NCBI GenBank assembly: GCA_965237525.1
Contig: CBDEFO010000004.1
Location: 352,001 to 416,000 of the forward strand
Direction: 5' to 3'
Length of the DNA stretch: 64,000 bases
Source: Candidatus Latescibacterota bacterium
GTDB lineage: Bacteria; Latescibacterota; CBDEFO01
Position numbers and translations under genes: made by a program. Below are positions 1 through 10,179 of this stretch, in pieces (the stretch's first letter is position 1; each line of letters opens with the position of its first letter). A model generated the notes under the pieces. That model had not been told where the DNA came from, ran no database searches, and saw nothing but the letters and a program-made list of their open reading frames with translations.

Positions 1-1304
1 GAAAGAGAGGCGATATTATCTCTATAGGTGAAGATATAATGAGAAATCCTGAACTTGGATTCAAGGAGTTTCGGACGGCAAAGCTCGTATCCGGGACTTT
101 TGACAGTCTGGGAATTCCACACAGAGATGGTCTTGCCATTACGGGCGTCAAGGGGATTTTAGAAGGAAAGAAACCGGGACCTACTGTGGCTTTAATAGGC
201 GAATTAGATTCCCTCATAGTCCCCGATCACCCTATATCGGACAAAGAGACGGGAGCCGCTCACGCCTGCGGCCACAACGCTCAAATAGCGGGACTTATGG
301 GCGCTGCTATGGCGATGAGAGATGCCAAAGCCGCCGATTCCCTGTCTGGAAATGTGGTCTTCTTTGCCGTTCCCGCCGAAGAATGCGTGGAAGTGGGGTA
401 CAGGGCCAGCCTAATAGATGAAGGCAAACTTGCATTTCTGTGCGGAAAGCCTGAGTTGGTGAGATTGGGAGAATTCGACGACATAGATATGGCTATGATG
501 ATCCACACCAACAGCAATCCCGAGGACAAATTCGCCACGGTAGTCGATTCCTTCAACGGAGCTATAGTCAAATTGGTCAGGTTCACAGGTCGAGCTGCCC
601 ACGCGGGAGCAGCGCCACACCAGGGAATCAATGCCCTCTACGCCGCCAATGTAGCTCTCTCTGCCATCAACGCACAGAGGGAGACGTTTAAAGACGAGGA
701 CACTGTACGAGTGCATCCCATAGTAACGCGGGGTGGTGACGTTGTCAGCATCATACCTTCTGATGTGAGGATCGAGACGTACGTCAGAGGTAAAACTAAC
801 GAGGCGATCTCGGATGCAGACAGAAAGGTGGACAGAGCCTTAAGAGCAGGCGCGATGGCTTTGGGAGCTAAAGTTGAGATACGGACCCTTGGGGGATTCA
901 TGCCCTTTGTTAACGATCAGAGTATAAAAGATATCTTCGTGGACAACGCAGCTTCTCTATTTGGAGAGGATGAAGTGACTGAGAGCGGCCACCGCACAGG
1001 CTCAACCGATATGGGAGATATAAGCCATATTATGCCCGCCCTGCATCCCTTCATCGCCGGAGCACAAGGCCCCTTTCACAGCGCAGAGTGGCACATAGCA
1101 GATCACGATCTGGGTTACCTCGCCCCTGCAAAGTCCCTGGCCATGGCGGCTGTTGATCTCCTCTGGGGAAACGCTGAGAACGCAAAGGAGATACTGGATA
1201 AAGCAAAGCCGTCTATTACCAAGGAGCAATATCTCTCCTGCCAAGAGGACATCAGCAGGGTGGAACTCTACGACGGAGTTGCAAACGAGTCGAGAATGGA
1301 GTAG
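1..1304 (+). CDS. M20 family amidohydrolase (5' truncated by window edge)
   Basis: Motifs NPELGFKE, ELDSL, HACGHN, PAEE, GRAAHAG, GSTDMG; the frame is open upstream of ATG39 back to the window start. Confidence 0.9.
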   Translation, partial: KRGDIISIGEDIMRNPELGFKEFRTAKLVSGTFDSLGIPHRDGLAITGVKGILEGKKPGPTVALIGELDSLIVPDHPISDKETGAAHACGHNAQIAGLMGAAMAMRDAKAADSLSGNVVFFAVPAEECVEVGYRASLIDEGKLAFLCGKPELVRLGEFDDIDMAMMIHTNSNPEDKFATVVDSFNGAIVKLVRFTGRAAHAGAAPHQGINALYAANVALSAINAQRETFKDEDTVRVHPIVTRGGDVVSIIPSDVRIETYVRGKTNEAISDADRKVDRALRAGAMALGAKVEIRTLGGFMPFVNDQSIKDIFVDNAASLFGEDEVTESGHRTGSTDMGDISHIMPALHPFIAGAQGPFHSAEWHIADHDLGYLAPAKSLAMAAVDLLWGNAENAKEILDKAKPSITKEQYLSCQEDISRVELYDGVANESRME

Positions 1305-1340
1305 GATAGTAGACGACATAGGTGAAGAGGCAGGCCATTT

Positions 1341-1457
1341 GAGATTGCTTCCCCCCGCCCCCCGATAGAGTCAATCGGGGGCGCCCGCAATGACAGCGGG
1401 AAAATAGCCTGAAGCCAAGCAAGCTCACTGCGAGGGGCAAAGCCCCGAAGCAATCTC
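1341..1457. repeat. REP-like pair (GAGATTGCT...CGCAATGAC / reverse copy) with nested ~23-bp palindrome at 1359-1381
   Basis: Same motif recurs at ~4445, 5755, 9997, 21152, 32991, 46641, 48661. Confidence 0.8.
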
Positions 1458-1511
1458 AAAGGGGGATGTGCCATTTTACTGTCCACTGCCTGTATAGGTA
1501 TAGAATAAAAG

Positions 1512-3263
1512 ATGAAAATATTTTTCAGAATCTTGAGCTACTTGAAACCCCATTGGCTCTACGTAGGCATCGGAGGCGTCTGTCTCCTTCTTGCCGTCCC
1601 TATGCAGCTTTTCCATCCGTTCGCGTGGAGGTACATTGTGGATGACGTCATAGGCAAGAACAAGGTAGACATGCTCCTTCCTACCATAGGGTTAATGTTG
1701 GTCGTACACCTTGCCTCTATTGTAATTGCAGCGCTGAGGACAAATCTGCTTGAAAAGGTCGGGCAGAAGGTAATACTCGATCTGAGAAATCGGGTCTACC
1801 GTAAACTGCAAAGACAGTCGATTGCCTACTTCAACAACCGGCGGACAGGCGAACTGATGTCCAGGACGATGAGCGACGTGGACGTTCTTCAGGAAGTGAT
1901 AACAAGGGGCACCGACAACGTATTGGTAACGTGGATGATGTTCATAGGTGTCGTCTCGGCCATTATATACATCAACTGGAAGTTAGGTCTGATCGTCCTT
2001 TGTCCACTCCCACTTATAGCATTTCTGACGGTGAAATTCAACCGTAAGGTCAGGACCATCTACAGATCGGCAAGAGAAAAGTTGGGAGATGTCAGCGCCA
2101 AACTGCAGGAAAACCTCTCAGGGAGAGAGGTCGTAAAGGCCTTCGGAAGAGAAGAGGACGAGGCAGAGCAATTTAGGAGCTATACCGATACCTATTACGA
2201 CGAAACCGTTAGGGGCATAAACGCCCGGACGATGTTCTTCCCCGCTGTCAGGTTCGTCGGATTCTGGGGCAACGCGGCGATGATAGGATTCGGGGCGTGG
2301 TTCGTACTTAAAGGTGAGTTCACAATTGGAGGCTTGGTAGCCTACCGAGGTTTCTGGTGGTATCTTTTCGGCCCCATAGACACCTTAGCGTCCATCAACG
2401 ACCTGATCCAAAGGGGAATAGCTGCAGGCAGGAGAATATTTGAAGTGCTGGACGAAGAAGTGGAAATCCAAGACGCTCCAAATGCTGTGGAACTTCATAG
2501 CGTGGAGGGCGAAGTCAGATTCGAGGACGTCTCGTTCAGCTACGACGGCGAAAATCACGTGCTCAAACACATAAGCTTCAGCGCTCTGCCGAGCGAGACT
2601 ATAGCTCTGGCTGGACCCAGCGGCGCGGGCAAAAGCACTATCTTAAATCTGATCCCCCGATTCTACGACCCGACTGGCGGACGCATAACGATAGACGGAC
2701 TAGACATAAAGGACCTGACTCAAAGGAGCTTGAGGAGACACATAGGCATAGTGCTTCAGGAGACGTTTCTGTTCAACGGGACGATTATGGAGAATATTCG
2801 CTACGGGAAACCCGACGCAGGCTACGACGAGGTTGTAAGAGCCGCAGAGGCTGCCAACGCGCACGAATTCATATTGCAGATGCCCGACGGATACGACACA
2901 GAAATAGGCGAAAGGGGCGTCAAGCTGTCGGGCGGACAAAGACAGAGACTGGCAATTGCAAGGGCATTCCTCTCCGATCCGGAGATCCTCATACTGGACG
3001 AAGCCACATCTTCAGTCGAGCCCGAATCGGAGCTCATAATCCAGCATGCCTTGGAAAGACTTATGAAGGGCCGTACGACCTTTCTGACCTCCCACAGACT
3101 ATCTATGGTCAGAAACGCCGATATTATAGTCGTAATAGAAGGCGGGAGGATTATGGAGACAGGAGATCATACCTCCCTCATGGAAGAAGCGGGACTCTAC
3201 TATCGGATGTACACAATGCAGATGGGTCAAGGTTCTGCTTTAGCAGATAGAGTGACGGAGTGA
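1512..3263 (+). CDS. ABC exporter, fused permease/ATPase (MsbA-like)
   Basis: N-terminal TM domain; Walker A GPSGAGKS, signature LSGGQRQR, Walker B ILILDEATS. Confidence 0.95.
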   Translation: MKIFFRILSYLKPHWLYVGIGGVCLLLAVPMQLFHPFAWRYIVDDVIGKNKVDMLLPTIGLMLVVHLASIVIAALRTNLLEKVGQKVILDLRNRVYRKLQRQSIAYFNNRRTGELMSRTMSDVDVLQEVITRGTDNVLVTWMMFIGVVSAIIYINWKLGLIVLCPLPLIAFLTVKFNRKVRTIYRSAREKLGDVSAKLQENLSGREVVKAFGREEDEAEQFRSYTDTYYDETVRGINARTMFFPAVRFVGFWGNAAMIGFGAWFVLKGEFTIGGLVAYRGFWWYLFGPIDTLASINDLIQRGIAAGRRIFEVLDEEVEIQDAPNAVELHSVEGEVRFEDVSFSYDGENHVLKHISFSALPSETIALAGPSGAGKSTILNLIPRFYDPTGGRITIDGLDIKDLTQRSLRRHIGIVLQETFLFNGTIMENIRYGKPDAGYDEVVRAAEAANAHEFILQMPDGYDTEIGERGVKLSGGQRQRLAIARAFLSDPEILILDEATSSVEPESELIIQHALERLMKGRTTFLTSHRLSMVRNADIIVVIEGGRIMETGDHTSLMEEAGLYYRMYTMQMGQGSALADRVTE

Positions 3264-3341
3264 TCTAAATCAGGTGAGGGCCGAGAAGATATCCATCTCG
3301 GCTCTTGCCTTCATCTTTCATAGATAACAGGAACTTTAACG

Positions 3342-4370
3342 ATGAAGGCAGTAAGGAAATTATCTACAGGATATGGAAATGTAGACCTGTGCGACATCCC
3401 GGGGCCGGACTGCGGTCCTTCTCAAGTCGTGATAAAAGTTATGGCAGGAGGAGTCTGCGGCACAGATATACACATCTTCCACGGAGGCTACAGCTTTAAC
3501 CCCCCTGTCACTTTAGGACATGAATTCTCCGGCGAAGTAGTCGAAAAAGGGAAGCACGTAGATCGTGCCAAGATAGGCGACCGTGTCACGGTAAATCCGT
3601 CCGCGATGGGAGTGTGCGGAAAGTGCAGATACTGCCAAAAAGGACACTACTTTATGTGTGCGAAGCGATCCTCCGTAGGGAGCAAGACCGACGGAGGGTT
3701 TGCTGAGTACTGTGTTGTCGAGCAGGATCTCATCTATCGTCTTCCCCATAATGTCCCTTGGGAAGCTGGAGCCTTGTGCGAACCTTTGGCCTGCTGTGTT
3801 CAGGCTGTGACCGAGCTTACACAGGTTTCACCCCTCGATACAGTCTTAATATCTGGCCCGGGACCCATAGGTCTCATCTGCCTGACTCTGGTCAAATTAA
3901 CCGGGGCAAAGACCATAGTCTGCGGCACGTCCGAGGACAAAGAGCGGCTGAAGTTCGCCGAAAAGTTCGGAGCAGACGTAACCGTAACTGTAAACTCCCA
4001 GAACCTGAAGGAGATAACACTGGATATAACTGACGGATACGGCGCGGACGTGGCTTTGGAGTGCGCGGGTGTGGGGCCATCTGTAAATCAGTGTTTAGAC
4101 TGCCTCGCCCCTGAGGGAAGGTACACTCAGATAGGCGTAATAGATGAGCCTGTGGAAGTGGATTTCGGGCTGATCACTTACAAACAGTTGAAGGTGCAGG
4201 GCACAATAGGTCAGATGTGGAGCACCTGGGAAAAGACTATAAAGATGCTGTCAGAGGGAACTATAGATATGAATCGCTTTATCACAGCAGGTGTTCCCCT
4301 TGAGGATTGGGAAAAGGCCTTCAAGAACACGGAGGAGAAGAAAGGCCTCAAGAGTGTCCTATGTCCTTAA
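3342..4370 (+). CDS. Zn-dependent medium-chain dehydrogenase (sorbitol/threonine dehydrogenase-like)
   Basis: CGTD, GHEFSG, structural Zn CGKCRYC..C, GPGPIG. Confidence 0.92.
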   Translation: MKAVRKLSTGYGNVDLCDIPGPDCGPSQVVIKVMAGGVCGTDIHIFHGGYSFNPPVTLGHEFSGEVVEKGKHVDRAKIGDRVTVNPSAMGVCGKCRYCQKGHYFMCAKRSSVGSKTDGGFAEYCVVEQDLIYRLPHNVPWEAGALCEPLACCVQAVTELTQVSPLDTVLISGPGPIGLICLTLVKLTGAKTIVCGTSEDKERLKFAEKFGADVTVTVNSQNLKEITLDITDGYGADVALECAGVGPSVNQCLDCLAPEGRYTQIGVIDEPVEVDFGLITYKQLKVQGTIGQMWSTWEKTIKMLSEGTIDMNRFITAGVPLEDWEKAFKNTEEKKGLKSVLCP

Positions 4371-4569
4371 GGAGAGTAGACAGTAGAACAGACATTCTGT
4401 CTAGTTAGACAGCATATAGGGATTCCCCCTGCTCTCCCCTGACCGAGATTGCTTTTTCCTTAGTCATTGCGAGGAGTGAAACCCCGACCCCGTCAGGAGT
4501 TGCGAAGCAGAACCAATCTCATGGGAGAGGAAGAGGTGCCTCTATCTACAGCTTAAGAAGGGAAGGTAC

Positions 4570-5520
4570 ATGCCTCTCTTTTTGACTGAAAGCGACGTCG
4601 ATGACCTATTGACTATGGAGGAGACTATTGACGCAGTTGAGGAAGTCTTCAAAGAGCAGGGACAGGGCAAGGTCGCCAATACGCCCAGATGGAGGACTAC
4701 CGGACGGGGAGAAATGCTGCACATTATGGCCGCGTCAGTCCAAAAGTTCGGGTACATCGGATATAAGGCATATACTACATTCAAAAGCGGAGTAGAATTT
4801 CTCTTTATGCTGCACGACATAGAGACAGGAAGGCTTCTTGCAGTCATGGAAGCAGGGAGACTTGGGCAATTAAGGACCGGAGCCGCATCAGGCGTGGCCA
4901 CAAGATATATGGCAAGGGAAAATGCCACGACCCTTGGGATGTTCGGAACAGGATATCAGGCCCAGACGCAGATTGAAGCTATATGCCAGGTCAGAGATAT
5001 TCAGTTGGTGAAGGTCTACGGGAGAGACGAAGAGCGCAGAAAGAAGTTCTGTTCCATGATGCAGGATAGACTCAAAGTGGAGATGAAGCCAGTCAAGGCG
5101 CCTGAAGATGTGGTGGGAGATGTTGACATCATCACGACCATGACCACATCGCAAGAGCCGCTCTTCGACGGAAAATTGGTAGAACCCGGAGTCCACATAA
5201 ACGCCGCCGGATCTAACTTTATCATAAGGCGCGAGATTGACGATGAGGCAGTGAGAAGGAGTGATATCATAGTTGCGGACTCGAAAGATCAGGCGAGAAT
5301 AGAATCGGGCGATCTTGTATTTCCCATAAACAAGGGCATCATCTACTGGGAGCAGGTCTACGAATTGGGACAGATCGTGGCAGGTCAGATTAACGCACGC
5401 TCCGATGAGGAGGCAATCACGCTCTTTGCATCGCAGGGGATCGCCGTAGAAGATGTAGCCGCCGCATCGGTGGCGTATCGAAAGGCCAAAGAGCAACATA
5501 GAGGAGTAGAGATACTCTGA
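4570..5520 (+). CDS. Ornithine cyclodeaminase / mu-crystallin family protein
   Basis: RTGAASGVAT, GTGYQA, HINAAGS, ITLFASQGIAVED. Confidence 0.92.
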   Translation: MPLFLTESDVDDLLTMEETIDAVEEVFKEQGQGKVANTPRWRTTGRGEMLHIMAASVQKFGYIGYKAYTTFKSGVEFLFMLHDIETGRLLAVMEAGRLGQLRTGAASGVATRYMARENATTLGMFGTGYQAQTQIEAICQVRDIQLVKVYGRDEERRKKFCSMMQDRLKVEMKPVKAPEDVVGDVDIITTMTTSQEPLFDGKLVEPGVHINAAGSNFIIRREIDDEAVRRSDIIVADSKDQARIESGDLVFPINKGIIYWEQVYELGQIVAGQINARSDEEAITLFASQGIAVEDVAAASVAYRKAKEQHRGVEIL

Positions 5521-5855
5521 TTCTTAAAGACATCTTCTTATAGACATCGCAAGCCGCATTGTCCCACAACAAACAAAGTAGCTTCATCATGCAAAGACAA
5601 GTCGTCGTTGAAGTGCTGGCTTTGGGGCTTATAACGGCTGTAGAGGCATCGGCTGTGGCAGGCCATATTCTGTGAAAAGCGATGATGCCGAAAGTTGCAG
5701 GTGCAGTCCTGGGGGAGTGCCCCTCTCAATCACCCAAAGCCCAAGCCGGGCAATGTCATTGCGAGTCCCCTAAATTGTCAGTGCGAGCCAAACGAAGCGA
5801 TCTCAATTCCTGCCCTATCAATCAGATGTTTTTCGCCTATCTTCGCCTATTTCAC

Positions 5856-5884
5856 TTGACTTTTGGCTCGTATTATCATATACT
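5856..5884 (+). promoter_or_regulatory. sigma70-type promoter of the nuo cluster
   Basis: TTGACT-17bp-TATACT; the TTGACT-17 pattern recurs at 35577, 46699, 53583, 57425, 58293. Confidence 0.7.
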
Positions 5885-5964
5885 TCTAACTCTAAGTCGA
5901 CATTGTATAGTGCATCCTCTTTGGAGATTAACTCGTCTGTAAGTTAGTGTATATATAACAGTTT

Positions 5965-6330
5965 ATGCCAAGTGACTATCTTCCTATACTTCTGCTTTTG
6001 ATGATAGCTGTCGGCCTTGCCGCTGCTATTCTGCTGACCAGCTATCTTTTCGGACCCAGGAAAAGCGACAGTATTAAGCTTTCACCTTACGAATCAGGCG
6101 TTCCTCCTGTTGGCGATGCAAGGCTCAGATTCTCGGTGAAATTTTATTTTATCGCCATAATATTTATCATATTCGATATAGAAGTGGTCTTTCTATATCC
6201 CTGGGCGGTAGTTTTCAGAAAACTGCTGCCTCAGGGACCATTTATATTTATAGAGATGGCGGCTTTTATCGGCGTACTCTTCATCGGCTTTTTGTACGTA
6301 TGGAGAAAAGGTGGATTGGACTGGGATTAA
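5965..6330 (+). CDS. nuoA: NADH-quinone oxidoreductase subunit A
   Basis: PYESG, FSVKFY, FDIEVVFLYPWA, KGGLDW. Confidence 0.96.
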   Translation: MPSDYLPILLLLMIAVGLAAAILLTSYLFGPRKSDSIKLSPYESGVPPVGDARLRFSVKFYFIAIIFIIFDIEVVFLYPWAVVFRKLLPQGPFIFIEMAAFIGVLFIGFLYVWRKGGLDWD

Positions 6331-6346
6331 GTAAGTAGACAGTAGT

Positions 6347-7648
6347 GGTTGAATATCAAATGAAATCGGTGCACCTAATTTGATCTTTGTTTAGAGTATT
6401 AGTAGATTAAGTTGAGTTGATTGTCTTAACTTTAATCTACGGAGTCCTATGGACAAAGAGAGATTGGCCGTATTAAGACAAGAAGTCAACGAGATGTATT
6501 TTAAGAAAGAAATGTCAAAGCGAGAAGTTATCAAACAAGCGAGAGTTTCCAATGATTTCGTTACGGCTTGGACTAAATCTCTGGATCAGGATTTTGCCAT
6601 GGATAATCGGGGTTGGCCAAAAGGAAAAAGGCAAAAATTGGCTAAAGTTGACGAACAGAGAATCAAAGAGATTTACCATAGCTTAGAGGACGATCCTTAT
6701 CAGTTCTATTCAGGAGCCACTGTTATTGAACAAGAATGGAGGAATCGATATTCTAGCACCCCTCCTCCGTCGTTGCCGACTATCGGCAGAATGCTTTCAG
6801 ATTTAGGACTTTCCCAGAGAAGGAAGAAAGGTAAAAACAAGGGTGCATCTCGTTATCTTTGTTATCCAGAGTATACCATTTACTATCTTTCAGGAGGCAG
6901 AGTCCTAGAATCAGACTTTATTGGTAAAAAGTATCTTACCGGCAGAACTGAGCCGGTCAACTTCGTTGGATTTTCCTTTAAGAAAGAGCCTAAGTTAAGG
7001 TATTTTCGGCGGGTTGACGGTCAAACAGCAACTAACTTTATCGAGAAGTGTCAGTCTTTCTTTGACAGGTTTGAAAAACCAGATTTCGTTAAGGTGGACA
7101 ATTGCTCGGCGACTATTGGCAGTGTTTCAGGTAAAAGGAATGTCAGCAAAGCAATGCAGTTTCTCTTGAAAAATCAAGTGATTCCGATATTTGCCGTTCC
7201 CAGAAGGCCCTTTTCTCAAGCATCTATAGAAGGCAACAATTCTGTATTTTCAAGGAAGTTCTGGAACAGAATTCAGTTCAAAAGCTTACAAGAAGTTGAT
7301 CAGAAGTTAGAATGGTTTAATCTTTCATCACAGAGATACACCGGCTACCGTCCACCTAAGCAAGAGAAGTCAAACGAGAAAGATTTCATTCCCAAGACCT
7401 ATTTTATCAGACAAGTCAAACAGGACACAGAACAGACAGATAAAGCCTTTATCGATGTCCTAAATGAGAAAGTATCTCTTCCCTCCTCTTACACCAACTA
7501 CTTTGTCCTGGCTGAATGGAACCTAAAAGAAGAACAATTATACATCCATTTTGAAAAAGAACAGAAACCAAAGATTGTCGAAAACCTATCATTCAAGATC
7601 AATCAAAGATCGAAAGAGAAGTGCACCGATTTCATTTGATAAATAACC
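6347..7648 (+). mobile_element. 1302-bp IS, rve/DDE transposase (IS481-like), copy 1
   Basis: 28-bp imperfect terminal inverted repeats GGTT(GAA/ATT)TATCAAATGAAATCGGTGCAC; 6-bp flanking duplication AGTAGT (6341-6346, 7649-7654); near-identical copy at 10180-11481. Confidence 0.92.
6449..7639 (+). CDS. Transposase with integrase-core-like DDE domain
   Basis: N-terminal HTH-like region; ESDFIG, KVDN, QASIEGNN resemble DDE motifs; fills the IS. Confidence 0.8.
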   Translation: MDKERLAVLRQEVNEMYFKKEMSKREVIKQARVSNDFVTAWTKSLDQDFAMDNRGWPKGKRQKLAKVDEQRIKEIYHSLEDDPYQFYSGATVIEQEWRNRYSSTPPPSLPTIGRMLSDLGLSQRRKKGKNKGASRYLCYPEYTIYYLSGGRVLESDFIGKKYLTGRTEPVNFVGFSFKKEPKLRYFRRVDGQTATNFIEKCQSFFDRFEKPDFVKVDNCSATIGSVSGKRNVSKAMQFLLKNQVIPIFAVPRRPFSQASIEGNNSVFSRKFWNRIQFKSLQEVDQKLEWFNLSSQRYTGYRPPKQEKSNEKDFIPKTYFIRQVKQDTEQTDKAFIDVLNEKVSLPSSYTNYFVLAEWNLKEEQLYIHFEKEQKPKIVENLSFKINQRSKEKCTDFI

Positions 7649-7734
7649 AGTAGTCAGTAGACGGGGCACCGCCTCCCTTCCCTGTATGCTGTCTCCCGAT
7701 GCTTAGTTTTCCTTAGTTCTGTCCAAGAAATGCT

Positions 7735-9477
7735 ATGGGCGACGATACATCAGCTATAGATAAGATAAACTCCCGATTTTCCGGCGCTCTGATTGAAGTC
7801 GAAGATTTCAGGGATGAGACCACGTTAAACATAAAAAAACAGAGATCCTTCGACCTCCTCAAATTCCTCAAGGAAGACCCCGACCTTCAGTATGACTATC
7901 TAGTGGACCTCTCCTGCGTAGACTACCTCGCGATGGACAGACATCCAAGGTTCTCCGTGGTCTATCATCTCTACTCCTACAAAACAGGACAGAGGCTCAG
8001 AGTTAAAGTTCCCGTTGAAGAATCTGACCCCACTCTTGACTCAGTTTTGCCTATATGGATGGGGGCAATCTGGACTGAAAGGGAAGTCTATGACATGTTC
8101 GGGATCAAGTTCAATGGACATCCGGACTTAAGAAGGATACTGATGCCCTCAGACTTTGAGGGCTATCCTCTAAGAAAGGACTATCCCTTAAGAGGCAGGG
8201 GGGAAAGGGACAGGATAGGCAATCCCGATCCCGGATTTGAGGAGATCTCAATGTCCACAGTCGAAAAAATAGCAGGCGAATCGGAGAACGAAGGCGACAG
8301 GCTCTCCGGTGAGAGGATGGTGTTGAACTTCGGACCGCAGCATCCGGCCACCCATGGGACTTTGAGGCTCGTCCTCGAACTGGACGGCGAAAGGGTGGTC
8401 AACGTTATACCCGACATAGGCTACCTCCACACGGGGTTCGAAAAGCTCGGCGAAAACCTCGACTACAACCAGTTCATCACCTTGACGGACAGGATGAACT
8501 ACATGTCTCCCCTATCCAATAACATCGGATATGCGATAGCTGTGGAGAAACTCTTGGGCATCGAGGTGCCCAAAAGAGCCCAATACATCAGAGTCATCCT
8601 CTATGAACTTTCCAGAATATCCGATCACGTAGTATGGCTCGGAACGGCGGCTCTGGATCTGGGGGCGTTTACGGCCTTTCTGTGGGCCTTCAAAGAGAGA
8701 GAAAAGCTCTACGATATCTTTGATGCCGTTACAGGCACGAGGCTGACCACAAGCTATACGAGAGTCGGAGGGCTATTTGAGGACGTCCCTGAGAACTTCA
8801 AGGATATGGTCGAAGACTTCACAAGACACTTTCCGAAGAGACTCAAAGATATAGATGACCTTTTGACCAAAAATAGAATATGGATCGACAGGACAAAGGG
8901 CATAGGCGTAATCTCAGCCGAAGACGCAATATCCTACAGCCTTACAGGACCCATTCTCAGAGGATCGGGCGTTGAATGGGATATAAGAAAAGCCGAACCC
9001 TATTCTTCTTACGAGGAATTTGAATTTGAGATCCCCACAGGCGACAACGGCGACGCCTACGACCGCTACCTTGTCAGGATGGAGGAGATGATCCAGAGCA
9101 ACAACATAGTAAAACAGGCTATGGAGAATCTACCCGACGGACCAGTCAAAGTACCGGACGCGAAAGTCATACTCCCCGAAAAGGATGAGGTCTATAACAG
9201 GATGGAATCGCTCATTCACCACTTCAAACTTATAATGACAGGGCACGGGATAGAGCCCCCCAAAGCTGAGATCTACTCCAGCACGGAATCTCCCAACGGC
9301 GAACTCGGGTTCTACATAGTCAGCGACGGGAGCGGATTCCCCTACAGAGTAAGAGTAAGACCCCCGTCCTTTATCAACTATCAAGCCTTCCCTCATATGA
9401 TCAAAGGACATATGTACTCAGACATCGTGGCTGTCCTTGGGAGTCTCAACATCATCGCAGGAGAGCTCGATAGATGA
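7735..9477 (+). CDS. nuoCD: Fused NADH-quinone oxidoreductase subunit C/D
   Basis: NuoC EREVYDMFG, PLRKDYP; NuoD NFGPQHPATHG, GYLHTGFEK, GELDR. Confidence 0.96.
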   Translation: MGDDTSAIDKINSRFSGALIEVEDFRDETTLNIKKQRSFDLLKFLKEDPDLQYDYLVDLSCVDYLAMDRHPRFSVVYHLYSYKTGQRLRVKVPVEESDPTLDSVLPIWMGAIWTEREVYDMFGIKFNGHPDLRRILMPSDFEGYPLRKDYPLRGRGERDRIGNPDPGFEEISMSTVEKIAGESENEGDRLSGERMVLNFGPQHPATHGTLRLVLELDGERVVNVIPDIGYLHTGFEKLGENLDYNQFITLTDRMNYMSPLSNNIGYAIAVEKLLGIEVPKRAQYIRVILYELSRISDHVVWLGTAALDLGAFTAFLWAFKEREKLYDIFDAVTGTRLTTSYTRVGGLFEDVPENFKDMVEDFTRHFPKRLKDIDDLLTKNRIWIDRTKGIGVISAEDAISYSLTGPILRGSGVEWDIRKAEPYSSYEEFEFEIPTGDNGDAYDRYLVRMEEMIQSNNIVKQAMENLPDGPVKVPDAKVILPEKDEVYNRMESLIHHFKLIMTGHGIEPPKAEIYSSTESPNGELGFYIVSDGSGFPYRVRVRPPSFINYQAFPHMIKGHMYSDIVAVLGSLNIIAGELDR

Positions 9478-9959
9478 TGCAGAACAGAGTGGATATCTCC
9501 AAGGAAGCTGAGGAATATCTGCAAAAGATAATATCCAGATACCCCGACAAACAGGCCGCTATGATCCCCGTCCTCCATGTTGTGCAAAATGAAATGGGTG
9601 GCTACCTTACCGTAGACACTCAAAAGTACGTCGCCGATCTTTTAGAGATACCTCCTGTGAGGGTCGCTGCGGTGGTGAGCTTCTATCCTATGCTTAAAAC
9701 GAAGCCCGTGGGTAAATATCATATAAGAGTGTGCAGCACATTAAGCTGTGCGCTTACAGGATCGAGGACATTAGTTCAACATCTGAAAGAGAAACTCAGA
9801 GTGGAGATCAGTGAGGTGACTGGTGATAAGAGGTTCTCGATAGAAAAAGTGGAATGCCTTGCCTCCTGCGGGACCGCCCCGGTGATGCTGGTAAACGAAG
9901 ACCTGTACCAGAATCTGACGGACGAGAACGTGGACGGGATTCTGGATAAATTGGAATGA
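9474..9959 (+). CDS. nuoE: NADH-quinone oxidoreductase subunit E
   Basis: 2Fe-2S ligands CSTLSC and ECLASC. Confidence 0.95.
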   Translation: MMQNRVDISKEAEEYLQKIISRYPDKQAAMIPVLHVVQNEMGGYLTVDTQKYVADLLEIPPVRVAAVVSFYPMLKTKPVGKYHIRVCSTLSCALTGSRTLVQHLKEKLRVEISEVTGDKRFSIEKVECLASCGTAPVMLVNEDLYQNLTDENVDGILDKLE

Positions 9960-10179
9960 GAAAGATAGACAGCAAACGCCGAGAGGCAGTCTGACTGAGA
10001 TTGGTCTGCTCGCAATAGCAGTTCAGGAGAATCGCAATGACATTGTTTTGTTCTCGGCTTCTGTCATTGCGAGGGGCAGACCCCCAAAGCAATCCCCGAC
10101 CCCCGATTGAATCTATCAGGGGTTCAATCGAGGGCAATCTCAAGGGAAGAGAGGCAGTGCGCCCTCCCTACTGGTTACT

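Noticed and set aside
6331..7734. IS-mediated deletion of nuoB
   Set aside because: Perfect 6-bp TSD and restored heptamer register indicate a simple insertion
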